DNA from: an uncultured Desulfatitalea sp.
GTDB lineage: Bacteria; Desulfobacterota; Desulfobacteria; Desulfobacterales; Desulfosarcinaceae
NCBI GenBank assembly: GCA_963668675.2
Contig: CAXXMB010000002.1
Span: 2,336,001-2,400,000 of the forward strand
Length of the DNA: 64,000 bases
Reading direction: 5' to 3'
Below are positions 10,539-19,783 of this stretch, piece after piece (position 1 is the stretch's first letter; every line of letters begins with the position of its first letter). The notes below the pieces were generated by a model. It ran no database searches. It saw nothing but the letters and a program-made list of their open reading frames with translations, and was not told the DNA's origin. The translations under genes were made by a program, and so were the position numbers.

Positions 10539-13500
10539 ATGGCATCCAATAGCTACAAGCACATACAGATCAGACAAACTCCTGCCCCGGCCAGTCGCGT
10601 CGTCCGGTTTCGGGGCGACATCGTAAGGTTTGAGCTCCACCTCGAAACGGCCTTAGCCGGTGCCGCCTTTGTTCGGACCAATTTGGGTCAGGCCAGGGTG
10701 ATACGGCGTGAAATCATTCGCAACATAGAACTGAACGAAGCGCCCCAGGGGCGAGACTGGTACGATATCCCCATGATCGAATCCACCGAGGGGCGCTACG
10801 AGGTTGCAATCCCCTTGAACGAGGTGGGGCATTTCGAAGCCAAGTGCCTCTTTATCCCCGAAGGGCAGTGCGAGCCACTATGGCCGTCCGGGCCCAACGC
10901 GGCGATCAATGTGGAACCGGCCGACACGGTCTGCGGCAATATCATCTACAATGCCTTCGTGCGTCAGTTCGGGCCGAATAAAAACCTGGCCCGCAGCGAT
11001 CTGTCGACCGTTGAGGCGTGTATTCGCGACCTGGACAGGGCCCACTACACGGTCATTCCGCCCTCGGGCACCTTTCGCGACCTGATCGCTGAACTCGACT
11101 TTATCATGGGGCATTTGGGGTGTCGCCTGCTTCAGTTGCTGCCGATCCATCCGACACCGACCACCTATGCCCGCATGGGGCGCTATGGCAGCCCTTATGC
11201 GGCCCTGAGCTTCACTGCGGTCGATCCGGCCTTGGCCGTGTTCGATCCGGCCGCCACACCGCTCGAACAGTTTGTCGAGCTGGTCGATGCGGTGCACGCC
11301 CGCCGTGGAAAGGTGATTATCGATATCGCCATCAACCACACCGGCTGGGCGGCCAGCCTGCACGAAACCCACCCCCAGTGGCTGGCGCGCAAAGAGAACG
11401 GCGAGATAGAAAACCCCGGGGCGTGGGGGGTCGTCTGGGCCGATCTGACGGCGTTGGATTACAGCCATAAGGATATGTGGCCCTACATGGCGGACATCTT
11501 TCTTGCCTGGTGCCGCCGGGGCGTGGACGGCTTCCGCTGTGACGCCGGGTACATGATCCCCATGCGGGCCTGGCAGTATATCATCGCCAAGGTGCGCGAC
11601 CAGTTTCCCGACACCCTCTTTCTGCTCGAGGGGCTGGGTGGCAAAATATCGGTCACCCGCGATCTGCTCGACCGGGCCAACTTCAACTGGGCCTACTCGG
11701 AGCTGTTCCAAAACTATGACCGGGGCCAGATCGAGAGGTATCTGCCGGAGGCCATCGAGATCAGTGCCGCCGACGGCATTACCGTGAACTTTGCCGAAAC
11801 CCATGACAACAATCGGCTGGCCGCCACATCGCATACTCACGCGCGCATGCGCACGGCCCTGTGTGCACTGCTGGCGCCCAACGGCGCTTTCGGATTCGCC
11901 AACGGGGTCGAGTGGCTGGCCGAGGAGAAGATCAACGTTCACGAACCGTGTGCCCTGAACTGGGGGGCGGCCGAAAACCAGGTGGCGGCCATTGCCCACC
12001 TGAGCCGTCTGCTCAAGCGTCACCCGGCCTTCGGTCCCGAGGTCCGCTTGACCCTGGTCGAGAAGGGAGAGGGCAACTTCATCGTACTGGTACGCTGCCA
12101 TCTGCCCAGCGGGCGCGGGGTGGTGGTTGCCGCCAATCTGGATGCAGATCAGCCGGTTGCCGCCGAATGGTATGCCGATCAAACCACTTTTATAAAAGCA
12201 GGTGCTGTTGATCTGTTGAGCGGCAAGCCCTTTCCGGTAACCTGCGGCGAAGCGTCGTGCCGGGTCGACCTGGCACCGGACCAGATCGTTTGCCTGGCGG
12301 ACGAAAAAGACGACTGGCTATCAGAAGGAAAAGAGGCGGTCCATGATCTGCCACCGGCAGTGGAACTGCAGTGTCTGCGCGCCAAGGCGTTCGAGATCAT
12401 GGCGGCCTATGGCCGCTCTGCAATTGACGACCCGGATGGGGCAGCGCGATCACTGCAGGCCGATCCGGAATCCTTTTGCCGGCGTGTAAGCGATAAAGGC
12501 GAGATGTCCGAGGTGGTTCGGTGGTCGTTTCCGGTGGACTTGAACCGCCAGGTGATGGTGCCACCGGACCATCTGCTGCTTGTTCAGGCTCCGCATCCGT
12601 TTCGCGTCCGAATTGTGGCGCACGAGCGGGTCCTGGTCCAGGAGGAGAGCCTTGTCGATCTCCACGGCCATGCCTTTGTACTTTTCGCTCCCCTGGCGCG
12701 ACCGATGGAGCACAGCAGTTACGAGTTGCAACTCACCATTTTCGGACCCCAGGGTCCCGTGCATCATCACTCCCCGTTACTCTATTTGACTGAGGGACGC
12801 ACGGTTCGTGTGCGCACTGCCTTCAGCCGCAATGACTGCCATGCGACGCCGCTGATGGTGCTCGGGACCAATGGCCGCGGTGCCATGATGCGGGTGCACG
12901 CCGATTGGCGGCAACTCGACAGTCGTTATGACGCTCTGCTGGCGGCCAACCTCAATCCCGATTTTCCCGAGGATCGCCACAATCTGCTGGCCCGCTGTCG
13001 CGCCTGGGTGGTCTACCAGGGCTACTCCCAGGAGTTGAAGCCGGATAGTCTGGAGCACTTCGGTTTCGATTATCGGGGCGGCGCATGGTGGCGCTATCAG
13101 CTCATCGCCGGACAGGGGGAACACATTGTCATGCAGGTGCGCGCCCTCATGTCATTGAAACAGGCCAATACGGTGGTCCTTCAATTCGAGCGGCTCTATC
13201 GGATCTCGGGAGAGGCCGAGTTGGCCGATGATCAGGCGGTGACCCTGATCGTTCGACCCGATGTCGAGGACCGCAATTTCCATGAATGCACCAAGGCCTT
13301 CAGCGGCCCCGAGGAGAACTGGCCCGGGGCCGTGGCTCCGTTGGAAAGGGGATTCCGTTTTGCCCCCGACCCTGAATACGGCCTGACCATGCAGGTGGAC
13401 CGTGGACGGTTCGAGGCAGAGACGGAGTGGTACTATATGGTGCACCGGCCCATGGAGGCGCTGCGCGGGCTCGATCCTGATTCGGATCTGTTCAGTCCCG

Positions 13501-14837
13501 GCTACTTCTCCTGCGATTTGCAGGGTGGCCAATCCGTCGTCCTGACTGCCGTTGCCGATGCAGGTACCGTACCGGAAGCGGTCGACATTTCCGATCTGAA
13601 TGGGGCCATGCCCGGAGACGATCTGCCGCTTGAAGCGGCCATGATAGCCGCACTGGATCAGTATGTGGTGCGCAGGGGGGATTTCAGGACCGTGATAGCC
13701 GGCTTCCCCTGGTTCCTGGACTGGGGACGCGATACGCTGATCGTGGTGCGCGGTTTGATCAGCGCCGGGCGACTGGAGGAGAGCCGTGCGATACTGTTGC
13801 AATTCGCCGAGTTTGAGGAGAACGGCACCTTGCCCAACATGATCCGGGGCGACGACGCCAGCAATCGGGACACCTCAGATGCCCCGTTGTGGTTTTTCAC
13901 GGCCTGCGCCGATCTGACGATTGCCGAAGGCGGAGACGATTTCTTGAACCAAGTGTGCCGCGGGCGCTCTGTTCGGCAGATCCTGGTGGATATGGCCCGG
14001 GCGCTGATGTCTGGAACGGACAACGGGATCGGTATGGACGCTGCTTCGGGTTTGCTCTTCAGTCCCTCCCACTTTACCTGGATGGACACCAACTATCCGG
14101 CCGGCACGCCGCGGGAGGGATATCCCGTGGAAATCCAGGCGCTCTGGTACGCCGCCCTCGATTTTCTGGCGCGTGTCGACACGGCGGCCAGCGCCTCCTG
14201 GAAGGTGCTGGCCCAACGGGTGCAATGCAGCCTTCACGACCTTTTCTGGCAGGCCGAGGCGGGCTATCTGAGCGACTGTCTGCATGCCGCATCGGGCACC
14301 CCGGCAGCCGAGGCCCGGGCCGATGACACCTTGCGGCCCAACCAGTTGCTGGCCGTAACCCTGGGGGCGCTTAGTGACGCCGACATGACCCGCAGCATCC
14401 TGAGTGCCTGTCAGGCGTTGATCGTCCCGGGTGCCATCAGGAGCCTGGCCGACCAGCCGGTAGAGACACCCCTGGTCGTGGAGAGAGACGGCCAGTTGCT
14501 CAACGACCCCCATGCCCCCTACTGGGGCCGCTATCAGGGGGATGAAGACACCCGCCGCAAACCGGCCTACCACAACGGCACGGCCTGGACCTGGCCGTTT
14601 CCCCTCTATTGTGAAGCGTGGGTTCAATGTCACGGTCGCGTCGGTGTGAACGCCGCCCTGGCCTGGCTGTCGAGCAGCGTGCAGCTTATCAACAGCCATT
14701 GCGTGGGCCAGGTTCCCGAGATTGTGGAGGGTGACACCCCCCATGCTCAGCGCGGGTGCGACGCCCAGGCCTGGGGGGTCAGCGAACTTCTGCGGGTCTG
14801 GAAAAAGGTGATCGCCATCATGGATGGAGAGCGGTAG
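10539..14837 (+). CDS. Bifunctional glycogen debranching enzyme-like protein (GH13 + GDE_N + GH133 amylo-alpha-1,6-glucosidase)
   Basis: GH13 motifs LLPIHP, GSPY, DIAINHTG, GFRCDAG, LLE, ETHDN; C-terminal AGFPWF.DWGRDT, HFTWMD, LRPNQ, YHNGTAW, QAWG. Confidence 0.88.
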   Translation: MASNSYKHIQIRQTPAPASRVVRFRGDIVRFELHLETALAGAAFVRTNLGQARVIRREIIRNIELNEAPQGRDWYDIPMIESTEGRYEVAIPLNEVGHFEAKCLFIPEGQCEPLWPSGPNAAINVEPADTVCGNIIYNAFVRQFGPNKNLARSDLSTVEACIRDLDRAHYTVIPPSGTFRDLIAELDFIMGHLGCRLLQLLPIHPTPTTYARMGRYGSPYAALSFTAVDPALAVFDPAATPLEQFVELVDAVHARRGKVIIDIAINHTGWAASLHETHPQWLARKENGEIENPGAWGVVWADLTALDYSHKDMWPYMADIFLAWCRRGVDGFRCDAGYMIPMRAWQYIIAKVRDQFPDTLFLLEGLGGKISVTRDLLDRANFNWAYSELFQNYDRGQIERYLPEAIEISAADGITVNFAETHDNNRLAATSHTHARMRTALCALLAPNGAFGFANGVEWLAEEKINVHEPCALNWGAAENQVAAIAHLSRLLKRHPAFGPEVRLTLVEKGEGNFIVLVRCHLPSGRGVVVAANLDADQPVAAEWYADQTTFIKAGAVDLLSGKPFPVTCGEASCRVDLAPDQIVCLADEKDDWLSEGKEAVHDLPPAVELQCLRAKAFEIMAAYGRSAIDDPDGAARSLQADPESFCRRVSDKGEMSEVVRWSFPVDLNRQVMVPPDHLLLVQAPHPFRVRIVAHERVLVQEESLVDLHGHAFVLFAPLARPMEHSSYELQLTIFGPQGPVHHHSPLLYLTEGRTVRVRTAFSRNDCHATPLMVLGTNGRGAMMRVHADWRQLDSRYDALLAANLNPDFPEDRHNLLARCRAWVVYQGYSQELKPDSLEHFGFDYRGGAWWRYQLIAGQGEHIVMQVRALMSLKQANTVVLQFERLYRISGEAELADDQAVTLIVRPDVEDRNFHECTKAFSGPEENWPGAVAPLERGFRFAPDPEYGLTMQVDRGRFEAETEWYYMVHRPMEALRGLDPDSDLFSPGYFSCDLQGGQSVVLTAVADAGTVPEAVDISDLNGAMPGDDLPLEAAMIAALDQYVVRRGDFRTVIAGFPWFLDWGRDTLIVVRGLISAGRLEESRAILLQFAEFEENGTLPNMIRGDDASNRDTSDAPLWFFTACADLTIAEGGDDFLNQVCRGRSVRQILVDMARALMSGTDNGIGMDAASGLLFSPSHFTWMDTNYPAGTPREGYPVEIQALWYAALDFLARVDTAASASWKVLAQRVQCSLHDLFWQAEAGYLSDCLHAASGTPAAEARADDTLRPNQLLAVTLGALSDADMTRSILSACQALIVPGAIRSLADQPVETPLVVERDGQLLNDPHAPYWGRYQGDEDTRRKPAYHNGTAWTWPFPLYCEAWVQCHGRVGVNAALAWLSSSVQLINSHCVGQVPEIVEGDTPHAQRGCDAQAWGVSELLRVWKKVIAIMDGER

Positions 14838-14870
14838 AAAGACGGAGCATCAGGCGCTATGAGGCAATGG

Positions 14871-14899
14871 TTGACAAACCCAACAGCTCAACGTATTTT
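14871..14899 (+). promoter_or_regulatory. Putative sigma70 promoter upstream of the CBM48 gene
   Basis: TTGACA-17 nt-TATTTT. Confidence 0.45.
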
Positions 14900-15115
14900 T
14901 GGAAAAAAATTGACCTATAACCACATGCCACTCTTTTCCCCTTGAACTCAGGGCCATATATTTTTACTCGGCGCAGCCTTCGTTCGACACTATCGATTCG
15001 TATATTTCAACCTGCATATGGCTCTCTTATCGCCGCAAGGTATGTCACTGTCCAAAGCAGATATTCAGCATTTGGATGGAACCAATCATCACCCTTTGTC
15101 GGGCAGGAGGCACCA

Positions 15116-15424
15116 ATGAGCATCAAGAAGCAGTATCTCAAAAGCAAACCCTATTGCAAAGTGACCTTTCGACTGGATAAAAAGAGCGCCGGCAAGGCGA
15201 AAAAGGCAGGCCTAGCGGGGGAGTTCAACAATTGGGAGGCGGAGAAGACTCCGATGAAAGCCCTCAAGAGCGGGGACTTCACCGTAACCGTCAACCTCTC
15301 CACCGGAAAGGAGTATCAATTCCGATATGTGATCGACGGCACCAACTGGATCACCGATGAGAGTGCCGACAAATATGTGCCGGCCGGTTTCTCCAACGCC
15401 GAAAACGCTGTCGTGGTTGTATAG
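15116..15424 (+). CDS. Stand-alone CBM48 / isoamylase early-set domain protein (102 aa)
   Basis: MSIKKQYLKSK..CKVTF, LAGEFNNW, YQFRYVIDGTNW; AGGAGG RBS. Confidence 0.9.
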   Translation: MSIKKQYLKSKPYCKVTFRLDKKSAGKAKKAGLAGEFNNWEAEKTPMKALKSGDFTVTVNLSTGKEYQFRYVIDGTNWITDESADKYVPAGFSNAENAVVVV

Positions 15425-15617
15425 TCGCCTAATCGCCACCTGACCACCATCGGGCCTTTCCGCCTCTTCCCGGAGTGAGAGGCTGCATAGGAACCGTATG
15501 CGAAACCCTTAAACTGCTTCGATGCTTAATGGCCGTGGACAATCGGATCTGCCATGATTAAATTATGTGTTTGTGTCTGCCCAGCGCTATGTGAACTTAT
15601 CTCCCAGGAGTCGTAAT

Positions 15618-18167
15618 ATGAAACACATTCAAGCCTTTCAGGTTTTTCCAAAGTTGCCCAGTTCCCTCAGTTTTCTCGGTGTGCTTTCGCGCAACCTGTG
15701 GTGGTCGTGGAAGCCGGACGCCATAGAGCTCTTCCGGCGGGTGGACCCCAGATTGTGGGACGCGTCCGGCCGCAACCCGATTGTTTTCGCTACCAAAGTC
15801 TCCCAGGATCGACTGAAGAAACTCTCCATGGATGACAGCTTTCTGGCGCATCTCGACCGGGTGCGGCAGCAGTTCAAGGAGCGTGTACTGGCATCGCCGG
15901 ATGTGGAAGGCAACCCATACGGGAGCAAGGCCCGCATTGCCTATTTTTCCATGGAGTTCGGCATTCACGAAAGCTTGCCGCTGTTTGCCGGCGGTTTGGG
16001 GGTGTTGGCCGGCGACCATCTCAAGTCCGCCTCGCACATGGGTCTTCCCATGGTGGCGGTGGGGTTGCTTTATCGGCAGGGCTATTTCAGGCAGCTGCTC
16101 GATCCCAATGGGTGGCAGCAGGAGACCTACCCGGAGACGGATCTCTACACGCTGCCGCTGGTTCGTGTAAAGAACAGCGAGGGCGAAGAGCTGCGCATCC
16201 GTGTGGATGGCCCGGAGGGCGACATCCTGGCCGATGTCTGGAAGATCATGATCGGCCGCATCCCACTGGTGTTGCTCGACACCAATGTGGCGGAGAATCC
16301 GCCGGCCATCCGGAACATCACGGCCAGGCTCTACAACAGCGAACCGGGCATTCGCCTGGCCCAGGAGGTGCTGCTGGGTATCGGCGGCATGCGTGCCCTG
16401 CATGCCATGGGTGTGGAGCCCACCGTATGCCATATGAATGAAGGGCACAGCGCCTTTGCGAATATCGAGCGTCTGGTGCAATGTGTGGAGCGTTTTGGAT
16501 TGGATGTGCCCACGGCGCTGGAAGTGGTGGCGCGCACCTCTGTTTTTACCACCCACACCCCGGTGGCTGCCGGCCATGACGAATTTCCGCCAGAGTTGGT
16601 GCAGCCTTACCTGAATAGCATTTCCCAGCGCCTGGACATCGACGAAGAGGAGGTTTTGGCCTGGGGGCGCACCGGCAATGCCCATCCCCAGGGCCCCTTC
16701 TCCATGTTCATATTGGGATTGCGCCTCTCCGAATATTGCAATGGGGTGAGCCGGCTGCACGGCCGGGTGGCACGGCGCATGTGGTCTCACGTCTGGCCCC
16801 AGCGGTCGGAAGAGGATACACCGATCAAGCATGTGACCAACGGCATCCACGTCTCGAGTTATATCGCGCCTGAAATTGTTCTGCTTTTCGAACGCTACTT
16901 AGGGCCGGAGTGGCACTACAGCAGCCGCAAGAGTGAAAATATCGAGCGCATTGATGAGATCTACGATGAAGAGCTCTGGCGATCCCATGAGATGAGCCGC
17001 GCCCGCCTGATCAGCAAGGTCAGGGACCTGCTGGTGAAGCAGTTCGAGCGTCGCAATGCGCCGATTTCGGTGGTCAAAGCCGCTGAAAACGCTTTGGATC
17101 CCGAAGTGCTGACCATCGGTTTTGCACGCCGTTTCGCTACATACAAGCGCGCCAACCTGATTTTGAGCGATCCGGCGCGGCTCAAGGCCATATTGACCTC
17201 CAAAGAGCGGCCGGTGCAGATCATCTTCGCCGGCAAGGCCCATCCACAGGACAATGAGGGCAAGGAGTTGATCAAAAACATCATCCAGTTTACCCGGGCC
17301 CATGATGTGCGCAACCACATCGCCTTCCTGGAAGACTACGACATGGGCATTGCGCGCCATCTCGTTCAGGGGGTGGACGTGTGGCTCAACACACCGCGGC
17401 GTCCCATGGAGGCGTGCGGCACATCGGGCATGAAAGCTGCTGTCAACGGCGTCCTTAACTTGAGCATACTGGATGGCTGGTGGGATGAGGGCTACACCCC
17501 GGAGAGGGGGTGGAGTCTGGGCAGCGGCCAGGAGACGACTGATCAGGCCTATCAGGATGCCGTCGACCACCAGGCCCTCTACAATATCCTGGAAAACGAC
17601 GTGATACCGACCTTCTACAACCGTTCCAGCGGTAACATGCCTACAGATTGGCTGGCCAAGATGAAGGCCTCGATGAAGATGGCCATGGCCGACTTCTGCA
17701 GCCATCGCATGGTCAACGAATACCAGCAGCGTTTCTACTTGCCGGCGGTGCAGCGTCAGCGCGAACTGCTCGAAGACAATGCCGACGAAGCCAAGCGGTT
17801 GAGCGTGCTGCACAAACGGTTGAAGGATTCCTGGAAGGAGATCCGTATCGACTTTCCCGAACGGGATCACGAAGGCCCGTTCCAGGTGGATGACACCTTC
17901 ACGGTCGATGCCGTGGCCCATCTGGGCGATCTCAGGCCCGAAGAGGTCGATGTGGAGCTCTATTTCGGACGCATGAGAGGCACCGCGGAGATGGAGAAGG
18001 GGTTTACCCAGGTCATGACCATGGTGGAGGATCGCGGTCAGGGCAGCCATCTCTACCGGTGTACGGTGACGTGCCAGGACTCGGGCCGGTACGGATTTAC
18101 CGTACGGATCGTACCGCGTGGAGATGACTGGATCCGTTTCACGCCCGGCCTGATCACTTGGGCCTGA
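15618..18167 (+). CDS. glgP: Alpha-glucan (glycogen) phosphorylase, GT35
   Basis: NLWWSW, YFSMEFG, GGLGVLAGDHLK, HMNEGH, ARRFATYKR, EACGTSGMK (PLP Lys). Confidence 0.95.
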   Translation: MKHIQAFQVFPKLPSSLSFLGVLSRNLWWSWKPDAIELFRRVDPRLWDASGRNPIVFATKVSQDRLKKLSMDDSFLAHLDRVRQQFKERVLASPDVEGNPYGSKARIAYFSMEFGIHESLPLFAGGLGVLAGDHLKSASHMGLPMVAVGLLYRQGYFRQLLDPNGWQQETYPETDLYTLPLVRVKNSEGEELRIRVDGPEGDILADVWKIMIGRIPLVLLDTNVAENPPAIRNITARLYNSEPGIRLAQEVLLGIGGMRALHAMGVEPTVCHMNEGHSAFANIERLVQCVERFGLDVPTALEVVARTSVFTTHTPVAAGHDEFPPELVQPYLNSISQRLDIDEEEVLAWGRTGNAHPQGPFSMFILGLRLSEYCNGVSRLHGRVARRMWSHVWPQRSEEDTPIKHVTNGIHVSSYIAPEIVLLFERYLGPEWHYSSRKSENIERIDEIYDEELWRSHEMSRARLISKVRDLLVKQFERRNAPISVVKAAENALDPEVLTIGFARRFATYKRANLILSDPARLKAILTSKERPVQIIFAGKAHPQDNEGKELIKNIIQFTRAHDVRNHIAFLEDYDMGIARHLVQGVDVWLNTPRRPMEACGTSGMKAAVNGVLNLSILDGWWDEGYTPERGWSLGSGQETTDQAYQDAVDHQALYNILENDVIPTFYNRSSGNMPTDWLAKMKASMKMAMADFCSHRMVNEYQQRFYLPAVQRQRELLEDNADEAKRLSVLHKRLKDSWKEIRIDFPERDHEGPFQVDDTFTVDAVAHLGDLRPEEVDVELYFGRMRGTAEMEKGFTQVMTMVEDRGQGSHLYRCTVTCQDSGRYGFTVRIVPRGDDWIRFTPGLITWA

Positions 18168-18269
18168 CCGCCACTTTACCTTTGACACGGCTTGGCCGCT
18201 TGTGCCACCTTCACGCATCGATTCACCCCAACGCCGGGCTCCGATCCGGCCGAAAGATCGACAATCGAC

Positions 18270-19781
18270 ATGGCGAGAAGAAGAAAAAAACCGCGGGTAC
18301 TGATCGTCACCCCCGAGGTGACGTATCTTCCCGACCGTATGGGGAACATAGCCAATTACTTGACGGCTAAAGCGGGTGGCCTGGCAGATGTATCGGCCGC
18401 CCTGATCAGCGCCCTTTTCAACCAGGGCGCAGATGTTCATGTGGCATTGCCCGACTACCGTTCGATTTTCGAAGATCGCCTGGCGCCGTTCTTGCGACGC
18501 GAGCAGCGGACCTTGCGGCGGGTGATGCCTTTCGACCGTATTCACCTGGCCGAAGATCGGGCCTTTTTCTACCTGAACCGCGTCTACTCCAACTACGGTG
18601 GGGAGAACACCCAGATCTCCCTGGCATTTCAACGCGAGGTGATCAACAACATCGTGCCGCGCGTGCGCCCCGATCTGATCCACTGCAATGACTGGATGAC
18701 CGGGCTGATACCGGCTATGGCGCGAGAGATGGGCGTCCCCTGTCTCTTCACCATTCACAACATTCATACGGTTAAGACCACCCTGGCCCATATCGAGGAC
18801 CGCGGCATCGACGCGGCTTACTTCTGGAACCATCTTTTTTACTCCGACTTTGCCGGGAGCTATGAAGATGCCAGGGACCATATCCCCGTCGATTTTCTGA
18901 CCAGTGGCGTGTTTGCCGCCCACTTTGTCAATACGGTGAGCCAGCGCTTTCTCGATGAGATTGTCGAAGGGCGTCACGATTTCATTGCGCCGCACCTGCG
19001 CCAACAGCTGACCAACAAAGTCCACGCAGAGTGCGCCGCCGGCATTCTCAATGCGCCGGACCCGGGATTCCATCCGAACAATGACGCATACCTGATCGAG
19101 ACCTATGGACCGGACGATCATCTCCAGGCCAAACGGAATAACAAACGCGAACTGCAAAAGCTACTCGGGCTTGTTGAAGACGAGCTGGCGCCGCTCTTTC
19201 TGTGGCCGTCACGCCTCGATCCGATTCAGAAGGGGTGCCAGTTGCTGGCAGATATCTTCTATCAGATGGTCTCCAAGTACTGGGATCAAAATCTGCAGGT
19301 GGTTTTCGTGGCAGACGGCGAATATCAGAACGTATTTCGCAATATCGTCAACCAGCACGCGTTTCATCGCAGGGTGGCGGTGTGCGATTTCAGCGAACGC
19401 CTGGAGCACCAGGCTTACGGCGCTGCCGATTTTGTACTGATGCCTTCGCTTTTCGAACCGTGCGGTTTGCCCCAGATGATCGGTCAGGCTTACGGGGCGC
19501 TGCCGGTGGCCCACAACACCGGAGGTATCAACGACACCGTGACCCAAGTCGATGCGGACAGGGATTCGGGCAGCGGATTTCTCTTCGATATTTACGATGC
19601 CAATGGCTTGATGTGGGCTGTGGACCGAGCCATGGATTTTTTTCAATTGCCATACGCCACCAAAGAGAAACAGGTGACCCGGATCATGCGCCATGCCCTT
19701 GAGACCTTTACCCACTCGGTCAACGCACGGCACTATATCGATCTGTACGAAAAAATGTTGGAACGGCCCCTGTTGAATTAG
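18270..19781 (+). CDS. glgA: Glycogen/starch synthase, GT5
   Basis: KAGGLADV, HCNDW, FTIHN, QKG, PSLFEPCGLPQM, TGG. Confidence 0.9.
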   Translation: MARRRKKPRVLIVTPEVTYLPDRMGNIANYLTAKAGGLADVSAALISALFNQGADVHVALPDYRSIFEDRLAPFLRREQRTLRRVMPFDRIHLAEDRAFFYLNRVYSNYGGENTQISLAFQREVINNIVPRVRPDLIHCNDWMTGLIPAMAREMGVPCLFTIHNIHTVKTTLAHIEDRGIDAAYFWNHLFYSDFAGSYEDARDHIPVDFLTSGVFAAHFVNTVSQRFLDEIVEGRHDFIAPHLRQQLTNKVHAECAAGILNAPDPGFHPNNDAYLIETYGPDDHLQAKRNNKRELQKLLGLVEDELAPLFLWPSRLDPIQKGCQLLADIFYQMVSKYWDQNLQVVFVADGEYQNVFRNIVNQHAFHRRVAVCDFSERLEHQAYGAADFVLMPSLFEPCGLPQMIGQAYGALPVAHNTGGINDTVTQVDADRDSGSGFLFDIYDANGLMWAVDRAMDFFQLPYATKEKQVTRIMRHALETFTHSVNARHYIDLYEKMLERPLLN

Positions 19782-19783
19782 AT

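Noticed and set aside
16899..19157. 752-aa minus-strand ORF
   Set aside because: Antisense shadow of glgP/glgA, expected from GC-rich codon bias; no motifs
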